Source: Anaerolineae bacterium
GTDB taxonomy: Bacteria > Chloroflexota > Anaerolineae > B4-G1 > SLSP01
Assembly (NCBI GenBank): GCA_026645815.1
Contig: JAPKMR010000001.1
Span: 129,498 to 193,497, forward strand
Direction: 5' to 3'
Length of the DNA: 64,000 bases
Below the pieces are notes generated by a model. It saw only the letters and a list, made by a program, of their open reading frames with translations. It was not told the origin of the DNA and ran no database searches. A program made the translations under genes and the position numbers. Positions 37,034-47,446 of the stretch are shown here, piece after piece (within the stretch, counting starts at the first letter, position 1; each line of letters begins with the position of its first letter).

Positions 37034-37915
37034 ATGGCAACCACAACTACTACTTTTGCTCCTATATCAAATAAACTGCGCCGGATGATGCCCCGGTTTT
37101 TCCAGTACCTGGTTCTTACAGTCGTCGTGATTGTGATTTTCGTCCCACTGGTCATTTTGATCTTTGGTAGCCTCAAAACGACCGGAATGATGTATTCTCA
37201 CCCTTATACTTTTCCTAATCCTCCGCACTGGGACAACATTACTCACATCTTAGGTACTGATGTTTTCTGGCGGATGCTGCGGAACAGTATTTTTGTGATG
37301 TTCGGCACCACCGCGGGTGTTGTATTTGTTTGTGGTTTGGCGGCTTTTGTCTTCGCGCGCATGAACTTTCGCGGGAGAAACTGGCTATTTAATTTGTTCA
37401 ATATGGGCCTGATGTTCCCGATTAATGTTGCCATTCTCCCGGTCTATTTTGTTCTTCGCCAGATGAACGATATGGGTATTCACATGATTGACACTCTATT
37501 GGGTGTCATCATGGTCCAGATTGCATTCCAGATTTCCGGGAATGTCGTCATTTTGCGAAGTTTCTTCACTGCTATTCCCGCGGAACTGCAAGATGCTGCC
37601 TACATTGATGGATGTAATGCCTTTGGTTTCTTTTGGCGCATCCTGCTGCCATTAGCACGCCCGGCGCTCTCCGCCGTCGCCGCGCTGACGATGATTGTGA
37701 GCTGGAATGATTTACTGGTCCCACTGGTGATTCTCAATAATGACAAGTTGTGGACACTGCCCTTGGGGACGATGCAGTTCCAAGGGCAATATGGGAGCGA
37801 CCTGGCATTGATTTCGGCTTTTGTGCTGCTTTCTTCTATTCCCACGATCATCTTCTACATGTTTGCTGAGCGCCAAATTGTCTCTGGCCTGACTGCCGGC
37901 GCGCTCAAGGGTTAG
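37034..37915 (+). CDS. Sugar ABC transporter permease (MalG/UgpE-like)
   Basis: Six-TM protein with the EAA loop QDAAYIDGCNAFGFFWRILLP. RBS AGGAGG. Confidence 0.85.
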   Translation: MATTTTTFAPISNKLRRMMPRFFQYLVLTVVVIVIFVPLVILIFGSLKTTGMMYSHPYTFPNPPHWDNITHILGTDVFWRMLRNSIFVMFGTTAGVVFVCGLAAFVFARMNFRGRNWLFNLFNMGLMFPINVAILPVYFVLRQMNDMGIHMIDTLLGVIMVQIAFQISGNVVILRSFFTAIPAELQDAAYIDGCNAFGFFWRILLPLARPALSAVAALTMIVSWNDLLVPLVILNNDKLWTLPLGTMQFQGQYGSDLALISAFVLLSSIPTIIFYMFAERQIVSGLTAGALKG

Positions 37916-37918
37916 CTC

Positions 37919-39184
37919 ATGTCAAGCTTGCGACGCTCTCTCATGCTCGATACAGTGCTCTGTATGCTGCTCACCTCCTGCCAGACGCCCACTACCGCGC
38001 CCGGCACGCCTGTAACTGCATCCGCACCGGTCTTCTTCGCCCCCGCGTTTGAAAGCGGAGACTACCGTAATCTATTTGCCGAGTACCTCGGCAAATCCGA
38101 CGCCGAAATCCAGGCAAAGGTCGAGACCGCGTTTCAGCAGCTCTTCTACGGTGACGAGTACCGCGAGCGTGTCTATTACCCCGTTGGCGAGGATATGGCG
38201 TATATCCTCGATGTTGCCAACGATGATGTGCGCAGCGAAGGCATGTCCTACGGCATGATGATTGCGGTACAGCTGGATAAACAAGAGGAATTCAACCGGC
38301 TGTGGAAATGGACAAAGACCTACATGTTCCAGACCAACGGGGGCTACAAGGGCTATTTTGCCTGGCATTGCAAGCCTGATGGGACGCAGCTAGATGCCAA
38401 TCCCGCCTCGGATGGTGAGGTATGGTTCATCACTACGTTGATTTTCGCCGATGCGCGCTGGGGCAGCAGCGAGGGTATCTTCAACTACCGGGCAGAAGCG
38501 CAAAGCATCCTGGATGTGGCGCTGCACGCCGACCAGCTTAGCGGCGACATCGCTACCAACCTCTTCGATGCCGAGACAAAGCAAATCGTCTTCGTCCCCA
38601 TGCTGGGGAAGAATTCGCAGTTCACCGACCCTTCCTACCACATGCCACACTATTACGAACTTTGGGCGCGTTGGGCAGATAAAGACAACGACTTCTGGGC
38701 TGAAGCCGTTACCGCAAGCCGTACCTACCTGAAAACAGCGGTACACCCGGAAACAGGTCTGGCGCCCAATTATTCCTATTTTGATGGTAATCCCCACAAC
38801 GACGATTATCATGGCAAATTTCGCTACGATGCCTTCCGTGTGGGCGCGAACATTGGTGTGGACTATCTCTGGTTCCGCCCCGATGACTGGCACCGGGAAC
38901 AAGCGAACCGTCTACTGAGTTTCTTCACGGTAGAGGGGCTAGATGCCTACAAAGCCGAATACACCCTTGAGGGCAAATCCCTGGTCGGGCATCGCTCCTC
39001 AGGGCTGATGGCGACCAACGCCGTAGCAGCGCTCGCCGCCGACCCCGGAATTGGCAAACCCTTCGTACAGGCGCTCTGGGATTTGGAATTGCCTACCGGC
39101 ACCTATCGTTACTATGATGGCTTGCTCACCATGCTCGCCCTGCTACAGGTCAGCGGAAATTTCCGCATCTACATGCCGAACTGA
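37919..39184 (+). CDS. GH8 family glycoside hydrolase, lipoprotein (Rex-like reducing-end xylose-releasing exo-oligoxylanase candidate)
   Basis: Lipobox MLLTSC. SEGMSYGMMIAVQ carries the GH8 catalytic Glu motif. It also has DGEVWF and (alpha/alpha)6-barrel character. Confidence 0.75.
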   Translation: MSSLRRSLMLDTVLCMLLTSCQTPTTAPGTPVTASAPVFFAPAFESGDYRNLFAEYLGKSDAEIQAKVETAFQQLFYGDEYRERVYYPVGEDMAYILDVANDDVRSEGMSYGMMIAVQLDKQEEFNRLWKWTKTYMFQTNGGYKGYFAWHCKPDGTQLDANPASDGEVWFITTLIFADARWGSSEGIFNYRAEAQSILDVALHADQLSGDIATNLFDAETKQIVFVPMLGKNSQFTDPSYHMPHYYELWARWADKDNDFWAEAVTASRTYLKTAVHPETGLAPNYSYFDGNPHNDDYHGKFRYDAFRVGANIGVDYLWFRPDDWHREQANRLLSFFTVEGLDAYKAEYTLEGKSLVGHRSSGLMATNAVAALAADPGIGKPFVQALWDLELPTGTYRYYDGLLTMLALLQVSGNFRIYMPN

Positions 39185-39216
39185 TATTGGCGTAACATCA
39201 AATCTGGAGAATCACC

Positions 39217-40473
39217 ATGAACGCTATTGATTCCAGCATCCGCCAACACCGAACAGCGGATGTAACCCTCACTCTGACAAACCATGGCACGCCGGTCGCC
39301 GGACAGGAAGTCCAGGTGCAACAGCTACGCCATAAATTCCTCTTTGGCGCGAACTGGGGCGAGTGCACACTTGCCTGGGTGAACGGAGAGCTGAACGATG
39401 CTGCCAGGGCAGAAGCCGAACGGCGCAACGAGGCTTTTCTACGCCTGTTCAATCAGGCAACACTCCCCTTCTACTGGGGGCGCTTCGAGCCGGAGCGTGG
39501 CAAGCCCGATACCGAACGCCTCCGCAATCTGGCGCAATGGTATGTCGCGCACGGGTGCACAGTCAAGGGACACCCGCTGTGTTGGCACACCCTCACCGCA
39601 AATTGGCTGCTGGAGCTGCGCCCGGAGCAGATTCTCAAAGCGCAGCTGGCGCGAATCGAGCGCGAGGTGACAACATTCGCGGGCTTGATTGATCAATGGG
39701 ATGTAGTCAATGAAGCCGTCATCATGCCGGTTTTCGACCGCTACGACAACGGCATCACCCGGCTATGCAGATGGATGGGACGCATCGAGCTCATCCGCGC
39801 GGTGTTCGAGGCAGCACACGCCGCTAATCCCAAAGCCACGCTGCTATTAAACGATTTCGATGTATCATCCGCCTTCGACATTCTGTTGGAAGGCTGTCTA
39901 GCAGCAGGCATCGCCATTGATATGGTTGGTATTCAATCCCACATGCACCAGGGATATTGGGGCGTTGAGCGCACCCGGCGTGTTCTGGAGAATTTCGAGC
40001 GCTTCAATTTGCCCATCGCCTTCACCGAGACAACCCTCATCTCTGGCGCGCTTATGCCACCTGAGATAGTAGACTTAAACGACTATCAGGTAGAGCAATG
40101 GCCCAGCACCCCCGAAGGAGAGCAACGCCAGGCAGAAGAGACGGTTTTGCATTACAAAACGCTATTCGCACACCCAGCGGTGCAAGCGATTACCTGGTGG
40201 GATATCACCGATGGGCACTGGCTGAAAGCCCCATCAGGATTGTTACGGCACGATCAGACGCCCAAACCCGCTTACGAAGCACTGCTGAAACTGATCAAAG
40301 GCGAATGGTGGCTATCACCAACTACCATGACGACGGATAAACAGGGACAGATCCACTTTACTGCCTTCCTGGGCGACTATGAGCTGCGCAGCGGTTCGCA
40401 GGCAATCAAATTCGCGCTAAATGAGAAAGGATCAACGGCTCTGACCCTCCCACTATCAGCCTGCGAACCTTGA
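39217..40473 (+). CDS. GH10-like endo-1,4-beta-xylanase, no signal peptide
   Basis: GHPLCWH, WDVVNEA (acid/base Glu), LLLNDFD, GIQSHM, and IAFTETT (nucleophile Glu). Confidence 0.72.
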   Translation: MNAIDSSIRQHRTADVTLTLTNHGTPVAGQEVQVQQLRHKFLFGANWGECTLAWVNGELNDAARAEAERRNEAFLRLFNQATLPFYWGRFEPERGKPDTERLRNLAQWYVAHGCTVKGHPLCWHTLTANWLLELRPEQILKAQLARIEREVTTFAGLIDQWDVVNEAVIMPVFDRYDNGITRLCRWMGRIELIRAVFEAAHAANPKATLLLNDFDVSSAFDILLEGCLAAGIAIDMVGIQSHMHQGYWGVERTRRVLENFERFNLPIAFTETTLISGALMPPEIVDLNDYQVEQWPSTPEGEQRQAEETVLHYKTLFAHPAVQAITWWDITDGHWLKAPSGLLRHDQTPKPAYEALLKLIKGEWWLSPTTMTTDKQGQIHFTAFLGDYELRSGSQAIKFALNEKGSTALTLPLSACEP

Positions 40474-40559
40474 CGCACTGAAGCCCTGGCACACCACGAA
40501 AGCTTGAGAGCAGGCTATCTTAGAAAACGATTCAGATATCTTAATATAAGGAGTTTCCC

Positions 40560-41726
40560 ATGTCTGACTATACCCCTAAACCTGAACATAAGTTTACCTT
40601 CGGCCTGTGGACCGTGGGTTCACGCGGCTCTGACCCATTCGGCGCACCGGTTCGACCATCGCGTACACCCGCAGAGCTGGTCTATCTGCTCGGCGAAGTG
40701 GGCGCTTACGGCGTCAATTTCCATGACAACGACCTGATCCCCATTGATGCAACACCCGCGGAGGCAGAGGCTATCAAGAAGGACTTCCGCCAAGCGCTGG
40801 CAGATACAGGCCTGGTAGTGCCAATGGCAACCACGAATCTCTTCTACGACCCCGTTTTCAAGGATGGCGCTTTCACCAGCAATGACCCTCGAGTACGCGC
40901 CTATGCGATCCAGAAAACGCTACGCGCCATTGACCTGGGTGCAGAATTCGGCGCGAAGGTCTATGTCTTCTGGGGTGGACGCGAGGGCACCGAGACAGAT
41001 TCGGGCAAGAGCGCCGTCGAAGCCATCAAACGCAATCGCGAGGCCATGAATTTCTTCTGCGAGTACATCCTCGATCAGGGCTACGATATGAAAGTCGCAC
41101 TCGAAGCCAAGCCCAATGAGCCACGCGGTGACCTCTACAACCCGACCACCGGGCACATGTTGGCGTTCATCGAGACCCTCGACCATCCCGAGATGGTTGG
41201 CGTGAATCCCGAAGTAGCCCATGAACACATGGCGGGCATCAACTTCATGCACGGTGTGGCGCAGGCGTGGGAGGCGGGTAAGCTCTTCCACATTGACCTG
41301 AATGACCAGTATCCGGGACGCTACGATCAAGACCTGCGCTTTGGTTCGCGCGATATCAAAGCCGCCTTCTATCTCGTCAAATTCCTGGAAGATGTGGGCT
41401 ACGATGGTTCGCGCCATTACGATGCCCACGCCTACCGCACTGAGGACCTGGAAGGGGTAAAGGACTTCGCGCGCGGCTGTATGCGTACTTACCTCATCCT
41501 CAAAGAGAAAGCCGCCCGCTTCAACGCCGATTCGGAAATCCAGGCATTGCTCGCTGAAATCAACGCCGATGATGGCGCAATGCACCCGTTCTTCGGCAAA
41601 TACACGCCGGAAAAGGCCGCCGCGCTCAAGGCGCAACCCTTCGACCGGACCGTCATCGCCAACCGGGGGCTGAAATACGAACGTCTCGACCAATTAACCA
41701 TTGATCTACTGCTCGGCGTGCGCTAG
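40560..41726 (+). CDS. xylA: Xylose isomerase (class I, ~388 aa)
   Basis: [44 protein letters not shown]. Confidence 0.92.
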   Translation: MSDYTPKPEHKFTFGLWTVGSRGSDPFGAPVRPSRTPAELVYLLGEVGAYGVNFHDNDLIPIDATPAEAEAIKKDFRQALADTGLVVPMATTNLFYDPVFKDGAFTSNDPRVRAYAIQKTLRAIDLGAEFGAKVYVFWGGREGTETDSGKSAVEAIKRNREAMNFFCEYILDQGYDMKVALEAKPNEPRGDLYNPTTGHMLAFIETLDHPEMVGVNPEVAHEHMAGINFMHGVAQAWEAGKLFHIDLNDQYPGRYDQDLRFGSRDIKAAFYLVKFLEDVGYDGSRHYDAHAYRTEDLEGVKDFARGCMRTYLILKEKAARFNADSEIQALLAEINADDGAMHPFFGKYTPEKAAALKAQPFDRTVIANRGLKYERLDQLTIDLLLGVR

Positions 41727-41735
41727 GAGTTTTAT

Positions 41736-44042
41736 ATGGGTACAGCCACCCCAAACCACGTAGACGACCTGCTTTCCCGCATGACGCTGGAGGAAAAACT
41801 GGCGCAGATAGGTTCCTGCTGGATGAACGAATTGCAAACTGAAGGCGCCCTGGATCCGGCTAAGATGCAGCGATACCTGCAGCTGGGCATAGGCCAGATC
41901 ACCCGCCCCGGCGGCAGAACCACGCTGCCGCCGCTGGCGTTGGCACAAACCACCAACCAGCTACAACGCTATCTCATCGAAGAAACACGCCTGGGCATCC
42001 CCGCCATCCTGCACGAAGAAACCTGCTGCGGCGCAATGGTACGCGAGGGAACCATGTTCCCGGAGCCTATCGGGCTGGCAAGTACCTTCAAACCCGCCCT
42101 GGCTGAAGCAATGGCGACGGCGATTCGCCGCCAGATGTTGGCGGTGGGCGCCCGCCAGGCGCTTGCCCCCGTGCTCGATCTGGTCCGCGACCCGCGTTGG
42201 GGCCGGATCGAGGAGACCTTCGGCGAGGACCCCACCCTGATTGCCCACTTTGGAGTGGCCTATGTGCGCGGACTTCAGGGTGACTCACTCACAGAGGGCG
42301 TACTGGCAACCGGCAAGCACTTCATCGGGCATGGCGTTTCGCAAGGTGGGCTGAACTGCGCTCCGGCACATCTAGGGTGGCACGAGCTCTACGATCTCTA
42401 CCTGGCACCCTTCCAGGCAGTGATTGACGAAGCAGACATCGCCACAATCATGAACTCGTACCCCGAGCTGGATGGTGAAGTCGTCGCCGCCTCACGCCGC
42501 ATTCTCACCGGAATACTACGCGAGCGTTTGGGTTTCAAGGGCCTGATTGTCTCCGATTACGAAGCCATCCTTATGATCCACAGCTACCACAAGATGACCT
42601 CCACCCTGCAGCGCGCGGCAGCGCTGGCGCTGCAAGCCGGCATCGAGGTTGAGCTACCGACCACAGTATGCTACGGGGAATTGCTGCAACAGGCGCTAGA
42701 AGCAGGTGAAGTAGACCTGGAAGACATCAACCAGGCGGTACGGCGGCACCTGGAAATGAAATTCAAGCTCGGACTTTTCGAAAATCCCTATGCCGATGAG
42801 GACCGCGTGGTGGAAATTTACTCCGCCCCCGAAAACCGCACCCTGGCACGAGATATCGCACGCCAAAGCCTGGTATTGCTGAAAAACGAGCAATTGCTGC
42901 CACTAAGACGCTCCGTGGGAACACTGGCAGTGATCGGACCCAATGCCCATAGCGGACGCGTCTTCCTGGGCGATTATTCCTACGCCTCACAGCGCGAGTT
43001 GGCTGCCGTTCAGGTTGAACATGCGACGACCCTGCCCACCGACCTGATGACCGGCGCACCTGTCGTGACCGTGTTGGAAGCAGTGCGCGCGCTGGCAAAC
43101 CCGGCAACGCAGATTCTGTACGCGTCCGGTTGTGATAATTTGAACCCAGATCGAAGTGGCATTGCCGAAGCAGTGCACCTGGCGCAACAAGCGGATATCG
43201 TGCTGCTGGTTCTGGGCGATCGCTCCGGACTGCTACCTCATTGCAGCACCGGCGAGACGCGCGACAGCGCTTCGCTGCAGTTGCCCGGTGTGCAGAACGA
43301 CCTGGCGCAAGCCGTTCTCGACACCGGCAAACCAGTCATCGTTGTACTCATCAACGGACGACCCTACGCCATCCCCGAGTTGGATGAGCGTGCCGGCGCC
43401 ATCCTCGAGGCCTGGTTGCCCGGCGAAGAGGGCGGCACAGCCATCGCCGAGGCGTTGTTTGGCGAAATCAATCCCGGCGGGAAATTGCCCATCACCTTCC
43501 CGCGCTCGGTCGGACAAATCCCCATCCACTACAACCATAAACCTTCTGCCATGACCTCCAACTGGTACGGCGACTATATGGATGAGTCCGTCAAACCGCT
43601 CTACCCCTTTGGGCATGGTTTGAGCTATACAACCTTCACTTACGAGCTGCTATCCATCACACCAACCCAAGCGACAGCAGGTGATACAGTCACCATCGGT
43701 CTACAGGTGACCAACAACGGCGCCCGACGCGGAGATGAGGTAGTGCAGCTCTATGTGCACGATGAATACGCAAGTGTGCCGCGCCCGGTCAAGGAGCTCA
43801 AAGGCTATGCGCGGCTCACGCTCGATCCCGGCGAGCGCAAAACCGTCCTGTTCCACCTGCCTGCAAACCAGCTGGCATTCTACAACCATGATTTCGACCT
43901 GATCCTGGAACCGGGACGCATTGAGGTGCTGCTGGGCAGCTCTGCCGAGGATATCCGCCTGCGCGGCGCTCTAGAGATTACCGGTCCGGAGCGGATGACC
44001 GTGGAGCGGCGCGTCTTCTTCTGCCCGGTGGAAGCCTTATGA
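41736..44042 (+). CDS. GH3 beta-glucosidase/beta-xylosidase with C-terminal Fn3-like domain
   Basis: RDPRWGRIEETFGEDP, GKHFIGHG, GLIVSDYEA (nucleophile Asp), and the C-terminal VQLYV...KELKGYARL fibronectin-like module. Confidence 0.85.
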   Translation: MGTATPNHVDDLLSRMTLEEKLAQIGSCWMNELQTEGALDPAKMQRYLQLGIGQITRPGGRTTLPPLALAQTTNQLQRYLIEETRLGIPAILHEETCCGAMVREGTMFPEPIGLASTFKPALAEAMATAIRRQMLAVGARQALAPVLDLVRDPRWGRIEETFGEDPTLIAHFGVAYVRGLQGDSLTEGVLATGKHFIGHGVSQGGLNCAPAHLGWHELYDLYLAPFQAVIDEADIATIMNSYPELDGEVVAASRRILTGILRERLGFKGLIVSDYEAILMIHSYHKMTSTLQRAAALALQAGIEVELPTTVCYGELLQQALEAGEVDLEDINQAVRRHLEMKFKLGLFENPYADEDRVVEIYSAPENRTLARDIARQSLVLLKNEQLLPLRRSVGTLAVIGPNAHSGRVFLGDYSYASQRELAAVQVEHATTLPTDLMTGAPVVTVLEAVRALANPATQILYASGCDNLNPDRSGIAEAVHLAQQADIVLLVLGDRSGLLPHCSTGETRDSASLQLPGVQNDLAQAVLDTGKPVIVVLINGRPYAIPELDERAGAILEAWLPGEEGGTAIAEALFGEINPGGKLPITFPRSVGQIPIHYNHKPSAMTSNWYGDYMDESVKPLYPFGHGLSYTTFTYELLSITPTQATAGDTVTIGLQVTNNGARRGDEVVQLYVHDEYASVPRPVKELKGYARLTLDPGERKTVLFHLPANQLAFYNHDFDLILEPGRIEVLLGSSAEDIRLRGALEITGPERMTVERRVFFCPVEAL

Positions 44043-44092
44043 GACCGGACCGCACACCCAATGGCCAACTTTAGTATCCCGAAGGGGGCAGC

Positions 44093-45580
44093 ATGAGCTA
44101 TTTCTTAGGCCTTGATATTTCTACCACCGGCAGCAAGGCACTGCTAATAGATGCGAACGGTGCCGTAGCAGGTGTCGCGGCAAGCCCTCACACGCTTCAA
44201 ACGCCACAACCGTTGTGGTCCGAGCAGAATCCACGCGAGTGGTGGCAAGCGGCAACTGATTGCATTCGACATGTGCTGGCAGAGAACGGTGTCAGCGGTT
44301 CAGATGTTGCCGCCGTGGGCTTGACCGGACAGATGCACGGACTGGTGCTGCTGGATGCACAAGGTGAAGTCCTGCGTCCAGCCATCCTGTGGAACGATCA
44401 ACGAACGCAAGCACAATGCAATGAGATTCACCGGCGCCTGGGACGCGAGCGTTTCATTCAGATCACGGGCAATGTAGCGCTCACTGGCTTCACCGCCCCC
44501 AAAATCCTTTGGGTGAAGGAAAACGAACCGGACCTCTATTCCCGTGTGGCACAGGTATTACTGCCCAAAGATTATGTGCGCTACCGGTTGACTGACGTCT
44601 GCGCCATGGACAAAGCCGATGGCGCAGGCACCGTGCTGTTGGATTTGCGCGCACGCAATTGGTCGGATGAGGTGTTGACAGCGTTGGAAATTCCGCACGC
44701 CTGGATGCCGCCGCTTTATGAGGGACCGGAAATCACCGGCGTCCTCACACCTGAGGCAGCAGCAGCAACGGGTTTGCTGGTAGGCACGCCAGTGATGGCT
44801 GGCGGTGGCGATCAGGCAGCACAGGCAGTGGGAGTTGGCGCCGTGGAACCAGGGGTTGTAGCCCTCACCGTAGGAACAAGCGGCGTCGTCTTTGCCACCA
44901 CTCCCACCGCGCTCATCGAGCCACAGGGTCGCCTGCATGCCTTCTGTCATGCCGTCCCCGGTCTATGGCACTTCATGGGGGTAATGCTTTCGGCAGCGGG
45001 CAGCTTGCAGTGGTATCGCGATACCCTGGCGCCGCAAATGAGCTTTACAGAGCTGCTTGAAGAAGCGGCATCCATTCCCCCCGGTAGCGAGGGTCTGCAA
45101 TTCCTGCCCTACCTCAGCGGCGAGCGCACGCCCCACCCCGATCCCCTGGCACGCGGCGCATGGGTAGGCCTAACGCTTCGCCACACCCGTGGACATCTGA
45201 CGCGCGCCCTGCTCGAAGGCGTCTCCTTTGGCTTGAAAGATAGTTTCACGCTCATCAAGGAAGCCGGATTGGGCCAGATCCGGCAAGTCCGGGCTTCCGG
45301 CGGCGGGACAAAGGGTGCGCTCTGGCGAAAGATTCTCGCCTCGGTCCTGGAAACTGAGCTGGTCACCCTCAACACCACCGAGGGTGCAGCCTATGGTGCG
45401 GCGCTGCTCGCGGCAGTAGGCGCCGGGCATTGGCCCGATGTGCCCACGGCCTGCGCAGCTGCCATCCAGATCACCGGCAGTGTCCAACCAGACCCGGTGC
45501 AGGTCGAAGCGTACACCCATACTTACCCAATCTACCGCGGGTTGTATCCCGCGCTACGCGCCACATTCGCAACGATGTGA
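44093..45580 (+). CDS. xylB: Xylulokinase
   Basis: YFLGLDISTTGSKALLID, ILWNDQRT and SGGGTKGALWRKILASV place it in the FGGY family. It lies in the xylA context. Confidence 0.88.
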   Translation: MSYFLGLDISTTGSKALLIDANGAVAGVAASPHTLQTPQPLWSEQNPREWWQAATDCIRHVLAENGVSGSDVAAVGLTGQMHGLVLLDAQGEVLRPAILWNDQRTQAQCNEIHRRLGRERFIQITGNVALTGFTAPKILWVKENEPDLYSRVAQVLLPKDYVRYRLTDVCAMDKADGAGTVLLDLRARNWSDEVLTALEIPHAWMPPLYEGPEITGVLTPEAAAATGLLVGTPVMAGGGDQAAQAVGVGAVEPGVVALTVGTSGVVFATTPTALIEPQGRLHAFCHAVPGLWHFMGVMLSAAGSLQWYRDTLAPQMSFTELLEEAASIPPGSEGLQFLPYLSGERTPHPDPLARGAWVGLTLRHTRGHLTRALLEGVSFGLKDSFTLIKEAGLGQIRQVRASGGGTKGALWRKILASVLETELVTLNTTEGAAYGAALLAAVGAGHWPDVPTACAAAIQITGSVQPDPVQVEAYTHTYPIYRGLYPALRATFATM

Positions 45581-45597
45581 TGCGACTCCTCCTCGAT

Positions 45598-45632
45598 GGC
45601 GCCCCTTTCCCTGCGGCTGGGAAAGGGGCGCC
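45598..45632 (+). terminator. Terminator hairpin after xylB
   Basis: GGCGCCCCTTTCCC / GGGAAAGGGGCGCC, a 14-bp stem, followed by GGATTTTGTGG. Confidence 0.6.
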
Positions 45633-45765
45633 GGATTTTGTGGCAAATAGCAGATCTGGACAGCAAGTAGCACAAAACGACGGACTGCCCAATCTCTCGT
45701 AACCCGCCGTTGAAAAGACCTGCTCCCTCATACAACGTTTCGCGGCACAGAACCGGTACGGGGTG

Positions 45766-45774
45766 TGGTATAAT
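45766..45774 (+). promoter_or_regulatory. Extended -10 promoter element TGGTATAAT
   Basis: TGgTATAAT lies about 25-45 nt upstream of the candidate starts of the next gene. The identical nonamer recurs at 53091..53099. Confidence 0.55.
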
Positions 45775-45797
45775 TCCCATTGCTTTAACGTTGTAAT

Positions 45798-46424
45798 GTG
45801 GGAAAGGATGTTCGAGTCATGCAGGAGTACGTAAAACCCTCGACGCGCAGCGAATGGCTGGCGTATTGGATCTCTAATGTAGGCAGCCCCCCCATGATGG
45901 CATTAGCGGGACTGATTGTCACAGCTACCCTTCTACCGGCTGAGGGCATCTGGCGTTGGATTGCCATCTACACCGTCTGTGCCATAGGCATTCCGATGGG
46001 CTATCTGGGCTATCTGCTACGACGGGGTCGTATCAGTGATATGGATGTCACGCGCCGTGAGCAACGCGCCCGCCCGTTAATTGTGACGCTGAGCGGCTTA
46101 CTGATAGCGGAGCTGCTGTTCATCGTGGGGCATGCCCCCCTGCCGTTCCGTATTCTGGCAGGCGCCTCACTGGTTCAAGCGGTGCTAGTCTTTCTGATCA
46201 CGCTACAGTGGAAAATCAGCATGCACACCAGCACCGCCGCCGGGATGACAGTGTTAATTCTGAGCGTGGCAGGGCTGGCGGCAGCTCCGGTAGCCATCAG
46301 CGTGCCACTCATCGCCTGGTCGCGGGTAAAACTGCGCCGCCACACCTTAATGCAAACTCTAGCGGGGATAGGCCTCGGCATCGGAGTATTCCTCGCCGCA
46401 ATCCTGCTGGCGACAAAAGGCTAA
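45798..46424 (+). CDS. PAP2-like integral membrane phosphatase-family protein
   Basis: A six-TM protein with SMHTS and SRVKLRRHTLMQ, resembling PAP2 motifs C2/C3. The start is uncertain: GTG 45798 or ATG 45819. Confidence 0.55.
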   Translation: MGKDVRVMQEYVKPSTRSEWLAYWISNVGSPPMMALAGLIVTATLLPAEGIWRWIAIYTVCAIGIPMGYLGYLLRRGRISDMDVTRREQRARPLIVTLSGLLIAELLFIVGHAPLPFRILAGASLVQAVLVFLITLQWKISMHTSTAAGMTVLILSVAGLAAAPVAISVPLIAWSRVKLRRHTLMQTLAGIGLGIGVFLAAILLATKG

Positions 46425-46437
46425 AGACTTCAGAAAT

Positions 46438-46482
46438 GATTGTGGACGCGCAAAGCACGCCCGTGCTTGCACGTCCACAATC
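46438..46482. repeat. Nested hairpin with GATTGTGGACG outer stem
   Basis: The outer arms are GATTGTGGACG / CGTCCACAATC (11 bp). The inner hairpin is GCAAAGCACG / CGTGCTTGC. It lies between convergent genes, and its architecture and GTGGACG core match 4618..4678. Confidence 0.75.
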
Positions 46483-46516
46483 AAGCCAACAGCATCCGTG
46501 AAGGCAATAGTAGCAC

Positions 46517-46894
46517 CTAAGCAGAACGGAAGTCTTGCACACCCTCACGGAGCTGCGTTCGCAACGCAGTGATGCGCTCGCGAGCAGCAGCAATGCGGGT
46601 AAAGGCATCACTCTTCGCCTTGATGCCAGCCTCCAGCAAATAGCTCACACCCTCGCGGCGAGTTTTGATGACCTCCGCCTCTACGAGCATATCCAGGCGG
46701 TCGCGGGTATCCTCATCCACGCGAATGACCATGAGCTGTGAAAGATCCTGCGCACTCTTCACGAGCGCTTCACCCAGGTTCTCCAACAAATTCACGGTGC
46801 CATCCAGCACGGCGCGCCAGGTGTCCTCGCCCGAACTTGTTGTAGGGCGCGCAGCAGTTTCAGATGCAGAGGTTGCAGTCGTTTCGTCAGTCAT
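46517..46894 (-). CDS. Ribbon-helix-helix (CopG/Arc-like) protein, paralogue 1
   Basis: Acidic/Ser-Thr-rich N-terminus, then LMVIRVDEDTRDRLDMLVEAEVIKTRREGVSYLLEAGI (beta-strand, helix, helix), then a C-terminal helix. Confidence 0.6.
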   Translation of the reverse strand: MTDETTATSASETAARPTTSSGEDTWRAVLDGTVNLLENLGEALVKSAQDLSQLMVIRVDEDTRDRLDMLVEAEVIKTRREGVSYLLEAGIKAKSDAFTRIAAARERITALRTQLREGVQDFRSA

Positions 46895-46917
46895 TGTACC
46901 CTTCCCCTTTCAATAGA

Positions 46918-47346
46918 TTACTCATTGCCAGCTATACTCTGTCGCAACTGCTCACGCAGTTCGGCAATTTGCCGGGTGATATCGCCGATCTTATCAAAGA
47001 GCGCCTGATTGGCGCGAATGCCCTCGCTGATGAGGAGTGCAGCACTTTCACTGCGGCTCTTGGTTACCTCCGCTTCAACGAGCATATCCAGGTGCCGCAG
47101 CGCCTCATCATTGATCCGTACCATCACCACATTGGCGCGATCCTCAAGCGCTGTGCCCAAGGCCTTGCTCAGAGATTCCATGCTCTTTTCGAGCGCACTG
47201 ATGAAACTAGAGCCCGATGAAGGGCGCGCTCCGCCCGTTTTCGCAGCTTCCGGTCCCGCAGTAGCCCCCTCAGGTAGCGTCCCTGGCTCAGCCTCTGAAG
47301 CTGTGCCAACTTCCTCTTCAACAGTGTGCTTGATTTCTTCTTCCAT
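46918..47346 (-). CDS. Ribbon-helix-helix (CopG/Arc-like) protein, paralogue 2
   Basis: The start is ATG 47346 (MEEEIKH) after GAGGAGGA. It carries VVMVRINDEALRHLDMLVEAEVTKSRSESAALLISEGI and has the same layout as the downstream paralogue. Confidence 0.6.
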   Translation of the reverse strand: MEEEIKHTVEEEVGTASEAEPGTLPEGATAGPEAAKTGGARPSSGSSFISALEKSMESLSKALGTALEDRANVVMVRINDEALRHLDMLVEAEVTKSRSESAALLISEGIRANQALFDKIGDITRQIAELREQLRQSIAGNE

Positions 47347-47446
47347 CAGTCTTCCTCCTCTATGAATGATCCAAATGCTGTTACGAGCATCTCCGCAAAT
47401 CACGGTAAGGTTGAATCGAGTTACTTGTTAGTGCCTTACGTGTAAT

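Noticed and set aside
40525-40545. TAGAAAACGATTCAGA upstream of xylA as a third LacI operator
   Set aside because: It shares only the AAACG core with the TGTAAACGCTTACA sites and is a poor palindrome, so the evidence is insufficient.
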